Shown piece by piece: positions 9,780-19,730 of a stretch of DNA of 64,000 bases. Numbering within the stretch: position 1 is the first letter of the stretch; each line of letters begins with the position of its first letter. Location of the stretch: the NCBI GenBank assembly GCA_033551855.1, contig JAWSUI010000003.1, positions 96,772-160,771 on the forward strand, given 5' to 3'. The notes under the pieces are model-generated. The model saw nothing but the letters and a program-made list of their open reading frames with translations. It did not search any database and was not told where the DNA came from. The DNA comes from Deferrisomatales bacterium (GTDB taxonomy: Bacteria; Desulfobacterota; Deferrisomatia; Deferrisomatales; JACRMM01). A program made the translations under genes and the position numbers.

Positions 9780-10937
9780 TCAGCGGTTGGCCGTGTGGCC
9801 CAGGGCGATCCCGGCAATGATCATCTTCTGCACGTTCGAGGTCCCTTCCACCACCTGGTAGGACTTGGCGTCCCGGAAATACCTCTCGATGGGGTACTCG
9901 GTCGAGAAACCCCAGGACCCGTAGACCTTCATCACCTCGTTGGTGGCGTGGACCGCCGCCTCGGCGGAGAAGTACTTGGCGATGGAGGTCTCGAGCTGGT
10001 TGGGCTTGCCCTGGTCCTTGAGATAGGCCGCCCGGTAGACGAGGAGCTGGGCGGCGTGGTGCTCGGCCACGAGCTCGGCGATCGTCGCCTGGATCATCTG
10101 GTACTTGCCGATGGGCTGGCCGAACTGGGTGCGCTCGTTGGCGTACTGGATGCCCAGATCGATGGCGCCCCCCGCGCACCCCAGGGCCCCGGCGGCGCAC
10201 CCCAGGCGGGTGTTGTTGAGCTGCCACATGCAGATCTTGAACCCCTCCCCCACTCCCCCGAGGACCGCGTCCTTCGGCACGCGGGCATCGTCGAAGAGGA
10301 CCTCGCCCGTCGGCGCGCCGTGCAGCCCCAGCTTGGTCTCGATGGGCCGGGTGGTGACCCCCTCGGTCTTCTTGAGATCCACGAGGAAGCAGGTCATGCC
10401 CTTGTACTTGGCCGCCCGGTCCGTGTAGGCGTACACGAGGCCCACGTCACCCACGTGGGCGTTGGAGATCCAGGTCTTCTGCCCGTTGAGGATCCAGCAG
10501 TCCCCGCCGTCGCGGGCGTTGGTCTTCATGCCGGCCACGTCCGAGCCGCTGTTGGGCTCGGTGATGGCGAAGAACCCGACGCTCTCCCCGCTCACCCACC
10601 CGGGGATGTAGGCCTCCTTCTGCGCCTCGGTGCCGAACTCCTGCACGGTCAGGGCCGGGCCGATGTTCTGCATGTTGAAGGGGAGCCGCCAGGAGGGGCT
10701 CACCTTGGCGATCTCTTCCGCCAGGAGCACGCTCTCCAGCAACCCCATCCCGTTGCCGCCGTACTTCTCGTCGATGCCGCACCCGAAAAAGCCCAGCTCC
10801 CCCATCTTCCGGACGCGCTCGAGGGGAAACAGATGCTCCGCCTCCTCCGCCTCCATGGTGGGCCGGATCTCGTTCTCGGCGAAGCGCCTGGCCTGCTCCT
10901 GCACCATCCTCTGTTCAGGGGTCAACTCGAAGTCCAT
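9780..10937 (-). CDS. Acyl-CoA dehydrogenase resembling non-decarboxylating glutaryl-CoA dehydrogenase
   Basis: MDFELT start, MGELGFFG, ITEPNSGSD, NGQKTWISNA, YAYTD, STEYPIERYFRDA..YQVVEG.SN. Resemblance to the Desulfococcus enzyme is from memory. Confidence 0.8.
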   Translation of the reverse strand: MDFELTPEQRMVQEQARRFAENEIRPTMEAEEAEHLFPLERVRKMGELGFFGCGIDEKYGGNGMGLLESVLLAEEIAKVSPSWRLPFNMQNIGPALTVQEFGTEAQKEAYIPGWVSGESVGFFAITEPNSGSDVAGMKTNARDGGDCWILNGQKTWISNAHVGDVGLVYAYTDRAAKYKGMTCFLVDLKKTEGVTTRPIETKLGLHGAPTGEVLFDDARVPKDAVLGGVGEGFKICMWQLNNTRLGCAAGALGCAGGAIDLGIQYANERTQFGQPIGKYQMIQATIAELVAEHHAAQLLVYRAAYLKDQGKPNQLETSIAKYFSAEAAVHATNEVMKVYGSWGFSTEYPIERYFRDAKSYQVVEGTSNVQKMIIAGIALGHTANR

Positions 10938-11078
10938 CGGTACGTCCTCCTCTCGTCTGCTGGGCCGGCCTTGGCACCGACCTCTGTTTTCAGGGCTTCT
11001 CGGAAAGGGTCCGCCGGGCCGGCCGGCAGGGGCCGCCCCTCTGCTCCGAGGAATCCGTCGCCATCCCAGCCCCGGCAA

Positions 11079-11095
11079 TGCAACTTCGGGGCCCC
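11079..11095 (-). promoter_or_regulatory. Putative sigma54 (-24/-12) promoter
   Basis: Minus strand GGGG-CCCCGAAGTT-GCA (GG-N10-GC with TTGCA), about 140 bp upstream of the ACAD and next to a sigma54 activator gene; dyad GTCGG-N6-CCGAC near 11200 is a possible UAS. Confidence 0.55.
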
Positions 11096-11490
11096 TCCAA
11101 GAAGAGGCTTCCTGAAGCCGCGGAACCGGCGACGGGCAGTCATTCTGTAGGGCTGCCGCTACACCCCGCGGTTTCCGCTGGAACCGACGCCCCCACGCCG
11201 TCGGGAACCGCCGACATGTCCCCCGGGTCCAACGCCCATGGACGACCCCCTGCGCCTGCATTTCCCGGAGACCGAGGCTCGGGGCGGGAAATCAGGGGCT
11301 TCCGATAAATGACAGGTCCCGCACCCAAGGACGGCCGCTCGGTGACCCTACCCCCCGTCGGGACCTTTGATCCCTCCCCCCGGGTCGGACGACCCGAGGG
11401 CTCGCACGCGCCGGGGTCCTGCCTGCCGGAGGGAAGGTTTCGCGCCGAACGCACGCGGAGACCCGACCGCTCGTCGCAGCACGAAAATCA

Positions 11491-11699
11491 GGTTCATCCG
11501 GGAAATGACCGGGTACTCGTGTCCAGGGACGACCGGGTGGGCCCGGCCACGCAGGCGGACGGCCGCTCGACGGGAGCAGCCGTTTCGGGAGCCGCGATGC
11601 CGCGAGGATTCCGGATGCGGCGCGGGAGCGCACTTATCGTACAGTCTGGCATCGTCCGCCGGAGGGGGCGGGCCCACCCGGTCGTTTACCCGAAGAACC
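11491..11699. mobile_element. MITE, 209 bp, copy 1; 8-bp TSD GAAAATCA
   Basis: Imperfect 24-bp TIRs (GGTTCATCCGGGAAATGACCGGGT / GGTTCTTCGGGTAAACGACCGGGT); GAAAATCA at 11483-11490 and 11700-11707; second copy at 57874-58082. Confidence 0.9.
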
Positions 11700-11704
11700 G
11701 AAAA

Positions 11705-13129
11705 TCAGCCCTCGGAGGTGGGGATCCCGTACCGGGCCATCTTCTCGTACAGCGTCGTCCGATGAATGCCCAGCAGCTTGCCCGCTCGGCTCTTGTTGTT
11801 CCCCGCCACCGCGAGAACCCTCTGGATCGTGCGGCGTTCCGCCGCGGCCACCGCCTCGCTCAAGAGGGTGCTCGACCCCTCGTCGCCCCCGGTGTCGGCC
11901 AGGAGGTGGGCCGGCAAGTCCTCCAGCCGGATCGCCGAGCCCTTGGCGTTCCAGGCCGCCCGTTCCACCAGGTTGAGAAGCTCGCGCACGTTCCCGGGCC
12001 ATCGGTAGGCCTGGAGGGCGGCCAGGGCTTCGGCGTCGAACGCCTTCGCCCCGGCGTAGTCGAACCGGGCGGCCAGGAATGCCCGCACGTACAGCGGAAT
12101 GTCCTCCGGGTGCTCCCGGAGGGGCGGAACCCGCAAGAGCATCTTGTTCAGGCGAAAGTACAGGTCGAGCCGGAACTTGCCCTGCTCGGTCAGCTCCTTC
12201 AGATCCACGTTGCTCGCCGCGATGAGGCGGAAGTCCACGTATCGGATCATCGTGGCGCCGACCCGCTCCACCTCCTTCTCCTGGAGCACCCGCAGGAGCT
12301 TCGCCTGCATGTCCAGGGGAAGGGAGCCGATCTCGTCGAGGAGGATCGTCCCACCGTGCGCCTGCTCGAACTTCCCGACCCTCCCCTTCCGGTCCGCGCC
12401 GGAAAAGGAGCCGGGCTCGTAACCGAAGAGCTCGGACTCCGCCAGCTCCCTCGGGATCGCCGCGCAGTTGAGCCGCACGAACGGGCCCTCGGCGCGCGGG
12501 CTGGCGTTGTGGATGGCGTGGGCGAAGAGCTCCTTGCCCGTGCCGGTCTCCCCGATGAGAAGCACGTCGGCATCCGAGCGCGCCACCCTTCGCGCGAGCT
12601 CCACGGCCTCCGCCAGGCGCTCTCCCGTGCCCAGGATCTGGTCGAAGGTGTAGCGGTTCTGCTGGGGCATGGCCCGCAGCTTCTTTTCGTAGGCCGCCAC
12701 CCGGTCTTCCAGGACCCGGACCATGCGGGTGAGCTTCGACACCTCCGCCAGGTCCCGGAACATGATGCTGCCCATGGCGCCGATGACCCGTCCGTCTTTT
12801 CGGATGGGGATGCGGGCCACCACCTTGGTCTTCCCCGCGATCTCCTGGAGGTGCCCGACCTCGGCCCGGCCCGTCTGGCACACCACCTGCAGACGGCTCG
12901 AAGGAATCAGCTCGACCACGGGCCGCCCCTTGGCCCCGCCCCGGGGGAGCCCCAGGAACCGCTCGTTCTCGCGGTTCATGTAGACCACGCGTCCCTCCCG
13001 GTCCACCACGATGAGCCCCTCGTAGCGGTTGTCCAGCAGGATGCGAAGCGCCTCTTCGGTCTCCTCGGTGATGCCGTAAGGCCCGAAGGCATCCTGGAGC
13101 ACCGAGCGGATGCGGCTGAAATCGGTCAT
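11705..13129 (-). CDS. Sigma54-dependent transcriptional activator (PAS-AAA+-Fis HTH)
   Basis: N-terminal PAS, GETGTGKE, ESELFGYEPGSFSGA, LLDEIG, WPGNVREL, LGIHRTTLYEK. Confidence 0.93.
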   Translation of the reverse strand: MTDFSRIRSVLQDAFGPYGITEETEEALRILLDNRYEGLIVVDREGRVVYMNRENERFLGLPRGGAKGRPVVELIPSSRLQVVCQTGRAEVGHLQEIAGKTKVVARIPIRKDGRVIGAMGSIMFRDLAEVSKLTRMVRVLEDRVAAYEKKLRAMPQQNRYTFDQILGTGERLAEAVELARRVARSDADVLLIGETGTGKELFAHAIHNASPRAEGPFVRLNCAAIPRELAESELFGYEPGSFSGADRKGRVGKFEQAHGGTILLDEIGSLPLDMQAKLLRVLQEKEVERVGATMIRYVDFRLIAASNVDLKELTEQGKFRLDLYFRLNKMLLRVPPLREHPEDIPLYVRAFLAARFDYAGAKAFDAEALAALQAYRWPGNVRELLNLVERAAWNAKGSAIRLEDLPAHLLADTGGDEGSSTLLSEAVAAAERRTIQRVLAVAGNNKSRAGKLLGIHRTTLYEKMARYGIPTSEG

Positions 13130-13536
13130 GTACAGCCCTCCTTACCCAAGGCCAGTAGCTACCACGCCTCGGAACGCCGCGTAAAGCACGGGCTTCGCCG
13201 GCCCCCCCCGGTCGCGGGTGGGCGCGCCCAGGATACCACTTCGGACCCCGGCGGACTCCCCACCGGAGGGCCGTGCGGCTCCGCATGGCCCGGGTCCGCC
13301 CTTCGGGTCGTCGAGTCGCCTGCACCACCACGGTTTGGGCGGGGTTGGGGAGACCCGGAGTGCAGCCGCGAACCGCACCGACCAATGCGTCGCGCCGGAG
13401 CGAGACCGGTGAAGATCGGCGCACCGGCTCCCCGGGAAGACAGGCCTCTCAACAGCCGCGGATTTCGGGGCGTAACGCAGGAGCTCCCCGACCCCGCCCC
13501 GATACGGAGCCGGCGGGTCCAAAGATCACGGCGTTC

Positions 13537-13565
13537 TTGACACGCCCGGGCAAGGTCTCTAAGGT
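13537..13565 (+). promoter_or_regulatory. Putative sigma70 promoter of the ribF-aroE-pil operon
   Basis: TTGACA-N17-TAAGGT, about 70 bp upstream of the ribF ATG. Confidence 0.6.
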
Positions 13566-13635
13566 TGTGCCTCGCTTCTCCCCGGGAACCGGGTGCAGCG
13601 CCCCGGGTCTTTCCCTCCACAACCCGCCGGACCCG

Positions 13636-14595
13636 ATGCACATCATCGAACACTCTCAACTCGTGCCGGGCCAGTTCGGGCGGTCGGTGGTCACCGTGGG
13701 GAACTTCGACGGCGTGCACCTGGGCCACCAGGTCCTGCTGCGGCGGGTCGTCGAGCGGGCCCGCGGCAAACGGGCCTCCTCGGTGGTGTACACGTTCCAC
13801 CCGCACCCCCTGCGGGTGCTGAACCCCGCGTTCTGCCCCCCCCTGCTCACCGCCTTCGAGGACCGCGCCGCCCGCATCGCCGCCCAGGGGCTCGACGTCC
13901 TCGTCTGGGCCCGCTTCGACCGCGACTACGCCGCACGGGAGCCCGAGGAGTTCGCCCGGGAGACCCTGGCCGGGAGCCTGGGGACGCGGGAGCTCTGGGT
14001 AGGCCCCGACTTCGCCTTCGGCCGCGAGCGCCGCGGCAGCCTTGGGCTCTTGCGGGAACTGGGGAAAGAGCTGGGGTTCACGGTGGAGGTCCTCCCCGCC
14101 TTCGGCCTGGGGGGGGAGGTGGTGTCCTCCACCCGGATCCGCCAGGCGGTGGCCGAGGCGGACTTCGAGACCGCCGAGCGCCTCCTGGGGCACCCGTACA
14201 CCCTCCACGGACCGGTGGTGCGGGGGGCCGGCCGGGGGCGCGGCCTGGGGTTCCCTACGGCGAACGTGCTCGTCCGAGAGGAGTGCCTACCCCCCCACGG
14301 GGTGTACGCGGCCTGGGCCACGGAGCCCGGAGGGGGGGCGAGCCCCCGCCCGGCGGCGCTCAACATCGGCCACAATCCCACCTTCGGGGGCGCGGAGACC
14401 ACCGTGGAGGCCTACCTGCTGGACTTCGGGGGCGACCTCTACGGGGAGGAGCTCGAGCTCCGGCCCGTCACCGCCCTTCGCGGCGAGATCGCCTTCCGCA
14501 CCCCCGCCGACCTGTCCCGGCAGATCTGCAAGGATGTGGAGGAGACCCGGCGCGTCCTCGGCCTGCGGGACCTCACCGCGAGCGGGGGGTCATGA
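13636..14595 (+). CDS. ribF: Bifunctional riboflavin kinase / FAD synthetase
   Basis: GNFDGVHLGHQ, VSSTRIR, LGFPTAN, NIGHNPTF, VEAYLLDF. Confidence 0.95.
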   Translation: MHIIEHSQLVPGQFGRSVVTVGNFDGVHLGHQVLLRRVVERARGKRASSVVYTFHPHPLRVLNPAFCPPLLTAFEDRAARIAAQGLDVLVWARFDRDYAAREPEEFARETLAGSLGTRELWVGPDFAFGRERRGSLGLLRELGKELGFTVEVLPAFGLGGEVVSSTRIRQAVAEADFETAERLLGHPYTLHGPVVRGAGRGRGLGFPTANVLVREECLPPHGVYAAWATEPGGGASPRPAALNIGHNPTFGGAETTVEAYLLDFGGDLYGEELELRPVTALRGEIAFRTPADLSRQICKDVEETRRVLGLRDLTASGGS

Positions 14596-15518
14596 CGAGG
14601 GGCTCCGGAAACCGAGCCCCCACGGCGCGCACTCGCCTCTTCGGCCTCGTCGGCCACCCCGTGTCCCACAGCCTCTCGCCGGCCATGCAGAACGCCGCGT
14701 TCCGAGCCGGCGGCCTCGACGCCGCCTACGCCGCCTTCGACGTGGCGCCGGAAGCACTGGGGGAGGCCCTGGCCGGCGCCCGCGCCCTGGGCTTCGGCGG
14801 GCTCAACGTCACTGTCCCCCACAAGGAGCGGGCCCTGGCCCTCGCGGTCGAGGCGGCCCCCGCCGCCGCACGGGCGGGGGCGGCCAACACCCTGGTTTCG
14901 GTCCCCGGCGGCTGGCGGGCCCACAACACCGACGGGGCCGGTCTGGTGGCCGCGCTCCGGTCCGAGCTGCGGCTCGACCCCACCGGCCGGACGTGCCTGA
15001 TCCTGGGGGCGGGAGGGGCGGCGCGGGGCGCGGCGCTGGGGCTCCTGGAGGCGGGGGCTCAAGAAATCCTCTTGGCGAACCGAAACGAAGACCGCGCTGC
15101 GGCGCTCGCCCGGGAGCTGAACCGGCGCTGCCGCACCCGGCGGTTCGCGTCGGTGCCGTTGGGGGAGGCACCGGAGAGGCTGGGACCGGAGGGGCTCCTC
15201 GTCAGCGCCACTCCCCTCGGGCTGGGCCCCGGGAACCGCTGGCCCTGGGAGATCGAGCGCTTCGCCCGCGGTACCGTGGCCTACGACCTCGCCTACCGGG
15301 CCGAGGCCGAGACCCCCCTGGTGACCCAGGCGCGGGAACGGGGGCTCCGGGCGGCTTCCGGGCTCTCGATGCTGCTCCACCAGGGGGCCTTGGCGTTCAC
15401 CCTCTGGACCGGCGGGCCCGCTCCGCTGGCCGCCATGGGGCGGGCGCTCCGGCGGGCCCGGGCCGCCCAGGGCGAGCGCTCCGGCGGGGCGCAGGCACAC
15501 CGCACCGACCCGAGGTGA
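14592..15518 (+). CDS. aroE: Shikimate dehydrogenase
   Basis: GHPVSHSLSPAMQN, NVTVPHK, GAANT, HNTDG, LGAGGAARG; ATGA overlap with ribF. Confidence 0.93.
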   Translation: MTRGSGNRAPTARTRLFGLVGHPVSHSLSPAMQNAAFRAGGLDAAYAAFDVAPEALGEALAGARALGFGGLNVTVPHKERALALAVEAAPAAARAGAANTLVSVPGGWRAHNTDGAGLVAALRSELRLDPTGRTCLILGAGGAARGAALGLLEAGAQEILLANRNEDRAAALARELNRRCRTRRFASVPLGEAPERLGPEGLLVSATPLGLGPGNRWPWEIERFARGTVAYDLAYRAEAETPLVTQARERGLRAASGLSMLLHQGALAFTLWTGGPAPLAAMGRALRRARAAQGERSGGAQAHRTDPR

Positions 15519-15520
15519 CC

Positions 15521-17215
15521 ATGTCGAAGAAGCTCGGAGAACTTCTCGTCCGAGAGAACCGCCTGACGGCCGTGGACCTCCAGAAGGCCAAGGACGACCA
15601 GCGCAAGAACGGCGGGCGCCTGGGCGAGGCGCTGGTGCGCCTCGGGCTCTTGAAGGAGCAGGAGCTCGTCGGCATCCACTCCAAGCAGTACGGCATCCCG
15701 GCCGTGAACCTCGAGAGCTTCGACATCGACCCCGACGTGTCCCGCCTCCTGCCGGAGGACCTGGTCCAGAAGTACCGGGTCATGCCCATCAACCGGGTGG
15801 GCTCCACCCTCATCGTCGCGGTCGAGGACCCCTCGAACATGTTCGCCGTGGACGACATCAAGTTCATCACGGGCTACAACGTGGAGGTGGTGGTGGCGGC
15901 CCCTTCGTCCATCAAGGCCGCCATCGACAAGCACTACGATTCCTCCGCCACCCTGCTGGACGTGATGAGCAACTTCGACCTCGCCGACCTCGAGGTGGTC
16001 CACGGGGCCGACGACGTGAGCGTGGCCGACCTCGAGCGGGCGGTGGACGAAGCGCCCGTGGTGAAGCTCGTCAACCTCATCCTCTCCGACGCCATCAAGA
16101 AGGGCGCGAGCGACATCCACATCGAGCCCTACGAGAAGAGCTTTCGCGTCCGCTTCCGCATCGACGGCATGCTCTACGAAGAGATGAAGCCGCCGATGAA
16201 GCTCAAGAACGCGATCACCAGCCGCATCAAGATCATGGCGAGCCTCGACATCGCCGAGCGCCGGCTTCCCCAGGACGGCCGCATCAAGCTCAAGGTCAGC
16301 AAGGACAAGGACATGGACTTCCGCGTCTCGGTGCTGCCGACGCTCTTCGGAGAGAAGATCGTGCTGCGGCTCCTGGACAAGTCGACCCTGCAGCTCGACA
16401 TGACCAAGCTGGGGTTCGAGCCCGAGGCGCTGAAGGACTTCAAGGAGGCCATCCACAAGCCCTACGGGATGGTGCTCGTCACCGGCCCCACGGGCTCGGG
16501 AAAGACCACCACCCTGTACTCGGCGCTCTCCGAGCTCAACACCATGGACACGAACATCTCCACCGCGGAGGACCCGGTGGAGTTCAACCTCATGGGCATC
16601 AACCAGGTGCAGATGCACGAAGAGATCGGGCTGAACTTCGCGGCCTCGCTCCGGAGCTTCCTGCGCCAGGACCCGGACATCATCATGGTGGGCGAGATCC
16701 GGGACTTCGAGACCGCGGAGATCGCGATCAAGGCGGCCCTGACTGGACACCTGGTCCTCTCGACCCTGCACACCAACGACGCCCCGAGCACGGTGAACCG
16801 CCTGCTCAACATGGGGGTGGAGCCCTTCCTGGTGGCCTCCTCCACCAACCTCATCCTGGCCCAGCGCCTGGCCCGGAAGATCTGCCCCAACTGCAAGGAG
16901 CAGCTCGACCTCCCCGCCCACGCCCTCATCGACATCGGCGTTCCGGCCGATGAGGTGGGCACGTTCGCCTGCTACAAGGGCAACGGGTGCGCCGAGTGCA
17001 GCGACACCGGGTACCGGGGCCGGGTGGCCCTCTACGAGGTCATGCCCATCGGCGACGAGATCAAGGAGCTGGTCCTCAACGGGGCCTCCGCGATCGAGCT
17101 CAAGGAGGCCGCGGTCCGCAACGGCATGAAGACGCTGCGGATGAGCGGGATCACGAAGCTCAAGGAAGGGGTCACCACGGTGGACGAGGTGGTCCGCTGC
17201 AGCGTTCGGGACTGA
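15521..17215 (+). CDS. pilB: Type IV-A pilus assembly ATPase
   Basis: GASDIHIEP, GPTGSGKTTT, LRQDPDIIMVGEIRD, tetra-Cys zinc site. Confidence 0.95.
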   Translation: MSKKLGELLVRENRLTAVDLQKAKDDQRKNGGRLGEALVRLGLLKEQELVGIHSKQYGIPAVNLESFDIDPDVSRLLPEDLVQKYRVMPINRVGSTLIVAVEDPSNMFAVDDIKFITGYNVEVVVAAPSSIKAAIDKHYDSSATLLDVMSNFDLADLEVVHGADDVSVADLERAVDEAPVVKLVNLILSDAIKKGASDIHIEPYEKSFRVRFRIDGMLYEEMKPPMKLKNAITSRIKIMASLDIAERRLPQDGRIKLKVSKDKDMDFRVSVLPTLFGEKIVLRLLDKSTLQLDMTKLGFEPEALKDFKEAIHKPYGMVLVTGPTGSGKTTTLYSALSELNTMDTNISTAEDPVEFNLMGINQVQMHEEIGLNFAASLRSFLRQDPDIIMVGEIRDFETAEIAIKAALTGHLVLSTLHTNDAPSTVNRLLNMGVEPFLVASSTNLILAQRLARKICPNCKEQLDLPAHALIDIGVPADEVGTFACYKGNGCAECSDTGYRGRVALYEVMPIGDEIKELVLNGASAIELKEAAVRNGMKTLRMSGITKLKEGVTTVDEVVRCSVRD

Positions 17216-17300
17216 CCACGCGCCGGGGCAGGGCGCCCGGCGGCGGGGCGGCCCCCACGGAGCCCCCGAGGGGCGCCGCCCGCAAAGAGGGGAGAGAGCC

Positions 17301-18410
17301 TTGATCAGCCTGCACCAGCTCCTGAAGACCATGATCGAGCAGGGGGCGTCGGACCTGCACGTCACCACCGGCACGCCGCCCCAGATCCGCGTGGACGGGC
17401 GCCTGGTGCCCCTGGATCTGCCGGCCCTGGCGCCGGCCGACTCCAAGCGGCTGTGCTACTCGGTGCTCACCGATGCGCAGAAGCACCGGTTCGAGGAGGA
17501 GAGCGAGCTCGACCTCTCCTTCGGGGTAAAGGACCTCTCCCGGTTCCGCGCCAACATCTTCATGCAGCGCGGCGCCGTGGCCGCGGCCTTTCGGGCGATC
17601 CCGTACAAGATCCTCTCCTTCGAGGAGCTCGGGCTGCCCCCCGTGGCGCAGCACCTCGCCAACAAGCCCCGCGGGCTCGTGCTCGTCACCGGCCCCACGG
17701 GCTCGGGAAAATCCACCACGCTGGCCGCGATCATCGACAAGATCAACTCCGAGCGCCACGAGCACATCGTCACCGTCGAGGACCCCATCGAGTACCTTCA
17801 CACGCACAAGAAGGCGCTCGTCAACCAGCGGGAGGTCAAGGCCGACACCGAGAGCTTCAAGAAGGCCCTCAAGTACATCCTGCGCCAGGACCCCGACGTG
17901 GTCCTGATCGGCGAGATGCGCGACCTCGAGACCATCGAGGCCGCCCTCACGGTGGCCGAGACCGGGCACCTGGCCTTCGCGACCCTCCACACGAACTCGG
18001 CGGCCCAGACGATGAACCGGATCATCGACGTGTTCCCGGCCCACCAGCAGTCCCAGATCCGGGCCCAGCTCTCCTTCGTCCTGGAGGGGATCCTGTCCCA
18101 GCAGCTCATCCCGCGGATGAGCGGCAGGGGCCGGGCCCTGGCCATCGAGGTGCTGGTTCCGAACCCGGCGATCCGAAACCTGATCCGGGAGGACAAGATC
18201 CACCAGATCTACTCCCAGATGCAGGTCGGCCAGGACAAGTTCAGCATGCAGACCATGAACCAGTCCCTGTATCACCTCCTCTCAAGGAAGGCGATCAGCC
18301 TGGACGACGCCATGGCCCGAAGCTCCGACCCCGAGGAGCTGCGCCAGATGATCGCCAAGGGGACCCCCGACTCGCTCCAAGGCCGCCGCCTGAGCGCCCG
18401 GGCGATGTGA
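17301..18410 (+). CDS. pilT: Type IV pilus retraction ATPase
   Basis: GASDLH, GPTGSGKSTT, EDPIE, AIRNLIRE motif; TTG start. Confidence 0.95.
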   Translation: MISLHQLLKTMIEQGASDLHVTTGTPPQIRVDGRLVPLDLPALAPADSKRLCYSVLTDAQKHRFEEESELDLSFGVKDLSRFRANIFMQRGAVAAAFRAIPYKILSFEELGLPPVAQHLANKPRGLVLVTGPTGSGKSTTLAAIIDKINSERHEHIVTVEDPIEYLHTHKKALVNQREVKADTESFKKALKYILRQDPDVVLIGEMRDLETIEAALTVAETGHLAFATLHTNSAAQTMNRIIDVFPAHQQSQIRAQLSFVLEGILSQQLIPRMSGRGRALAIEVLVPNPAIRNLIREDKIHQIYSQMQVGQDKFSMQTMNQSLYHLLSRKAISLDDAMARSSDPEELRQMIAKGTPDSLQGRRLSARAM

Positions 18411-18490
18411 GGCGGACCCGACGGCGGGGAGCCGGGAAGGCGCCGGGGCTCGGCCCGCCGCCCACCGTGGACAGACAGACGAGGTAGCCC

Positions 18491-19699
18491 ATGCCGGTGT
18501 ACAAGTGGGAAGGCCGCACGCGGGACGGGACCGTGAAGAAGGGCACCCTGGAGGCCGCCAGCGAGGCGGCCGTCTCGGCCAACCTCCGGTCGCAGAAGCT
18601 CGCGCCCACGAAGATCAAGAAGAGCCTCGGGGCCACCGAGATCAAGATCCCGGGCCTCAAGCCCAAGGTGACGACCAAGGACATCGTGGTCTTCACCCGG
18701 CAGTTCGCCACCATGATCGACGCGGGGCTCCCCCTGGTCCAGTGCCTCGAGATCCTGGCCAGCCAACAGGAGAACTCGACCTTCAAGGAGGTGATCCTGA
18801 AGGTCAAGGAGGACGTGGAGTCCGGGCACACCTTCGCCGACGCCCTCTCCAAGCACCCCAGGATCTTCGACCGCCTGTACGCGAACCTCGTCCACGCCGG
18901 CGAGGTGGGCGGCATCCTGGACACGATCCTCAACCGGCTCGCGGCCTACATCGAGAAGGCCATGAACCTGCGGAAGAAGGTCAAGGGGGCCATGGTCTAC
19001 CCCGCCACGGTGGTGGGCGTGGCCGTCATCGTGGTGGCCATCATCCTGATCTTCGTCATCCCCGTGTTCCAGCAAATGTTCGGGAGCATGGGCAAGGCGC
19101 TCCCCGCCCCGACGCTCTTCGTCATCGCGCTGTCGGAGTTTATCAAGAGCTACATCCTCTTCATCGTCATCTCGCTCTTCGTCCTCGGCTTCGCGTTCCG
19201 CCGGGTGTACCGGACCGAAAAGGGCATGCTCTTCTTCGACAGGCTGTTCCTGCGCCTGCCCATCTTCGGCCCCCTCATCCGGAAGGTGGCCGTGGCCAAG
19301 TTCACCCGGACCCTGGGGACCCTGGTGTCCTCCGGCGTCCCGATCCTCGAGGGGCTCGACGTGGTGGCCAAGACCGCCGGCAACCGGGTGATGGAGCTGG
19401 CCATCCTCAAGACCAAGGAGTCGATCAGCGAGGGCCGCACCATCGCCGAGCCCCTCAAGGAGACCCGGGTCTTCCCCCCCATGGTGGTGCAGATGATCGC
19501 CGTCGGCGAGGCCACCGGGGCCCTGGACCAGATGCTCTCGAAGATCGCCGACTTCTACGACACCGAGGTGGACGAGGCCGTGACTGCGCTCACCGCGGCC
19601 ATCGAACCCCTGCTCATGGTGTTCCTGGGAGGGGCCATCGGCGGGATCATCGTGGCCATGTACCTGCCCGTGTTCCAGCTGGCGGGCACCGTGGGATGA
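18491..19699 (+). CDS. pilC: Type IV pilus inner-membrane platform protein
   Basis: FTRQFATMIDAGLPL, GEVGGILD, AMVYP, GEATGALD; T2SS-F repeats. Confidence 0.95.
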   Translation: MPVYKWEGRTRDGTVKKGTLEAASEAAVSANLRSQKLAPTKIKKSLGATEIKIPGLKPKVTTKDIVVFTRQFATMIDAGLPLVQCLEILASQQENSTFKEVILKVKEDVESGHTFADALSKHPRIFDRLYANLVHAGEVGGILDTILNRLAAYIEKAMNLRKKVKGAMVYPATVVGVAVIVVAIILIFVIPVFQQMFGSMGKALPAPTLFVIALSEFIKSYILFIVISLFVLGFAFRRVYRTEKGMLFFDRLFLRLPIFGPLIRKVAVAKFTRTLGTLVSSGVPILEGLDVVAKTAGNRVMELAILKTKESISEGRTIAEPLKETRVFPPMVVQMIAVGEATGALDQMLSKIADFYDTEVDEAVTALTAAIEPLLMVFLGGAIGGIIVAMYLPVFQLAGTVG

Positions 19700-19730
19700 C
19701 CCGGAGGCGCCCCAGCCGCCCCGCGTCCCG

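Noticed and set aside
13268..13292. Group II intron domain V
   Set aside because: A simple GC hairpin without the catalytic triad/bulge geometry or domain VI; no intron-encoded protein.
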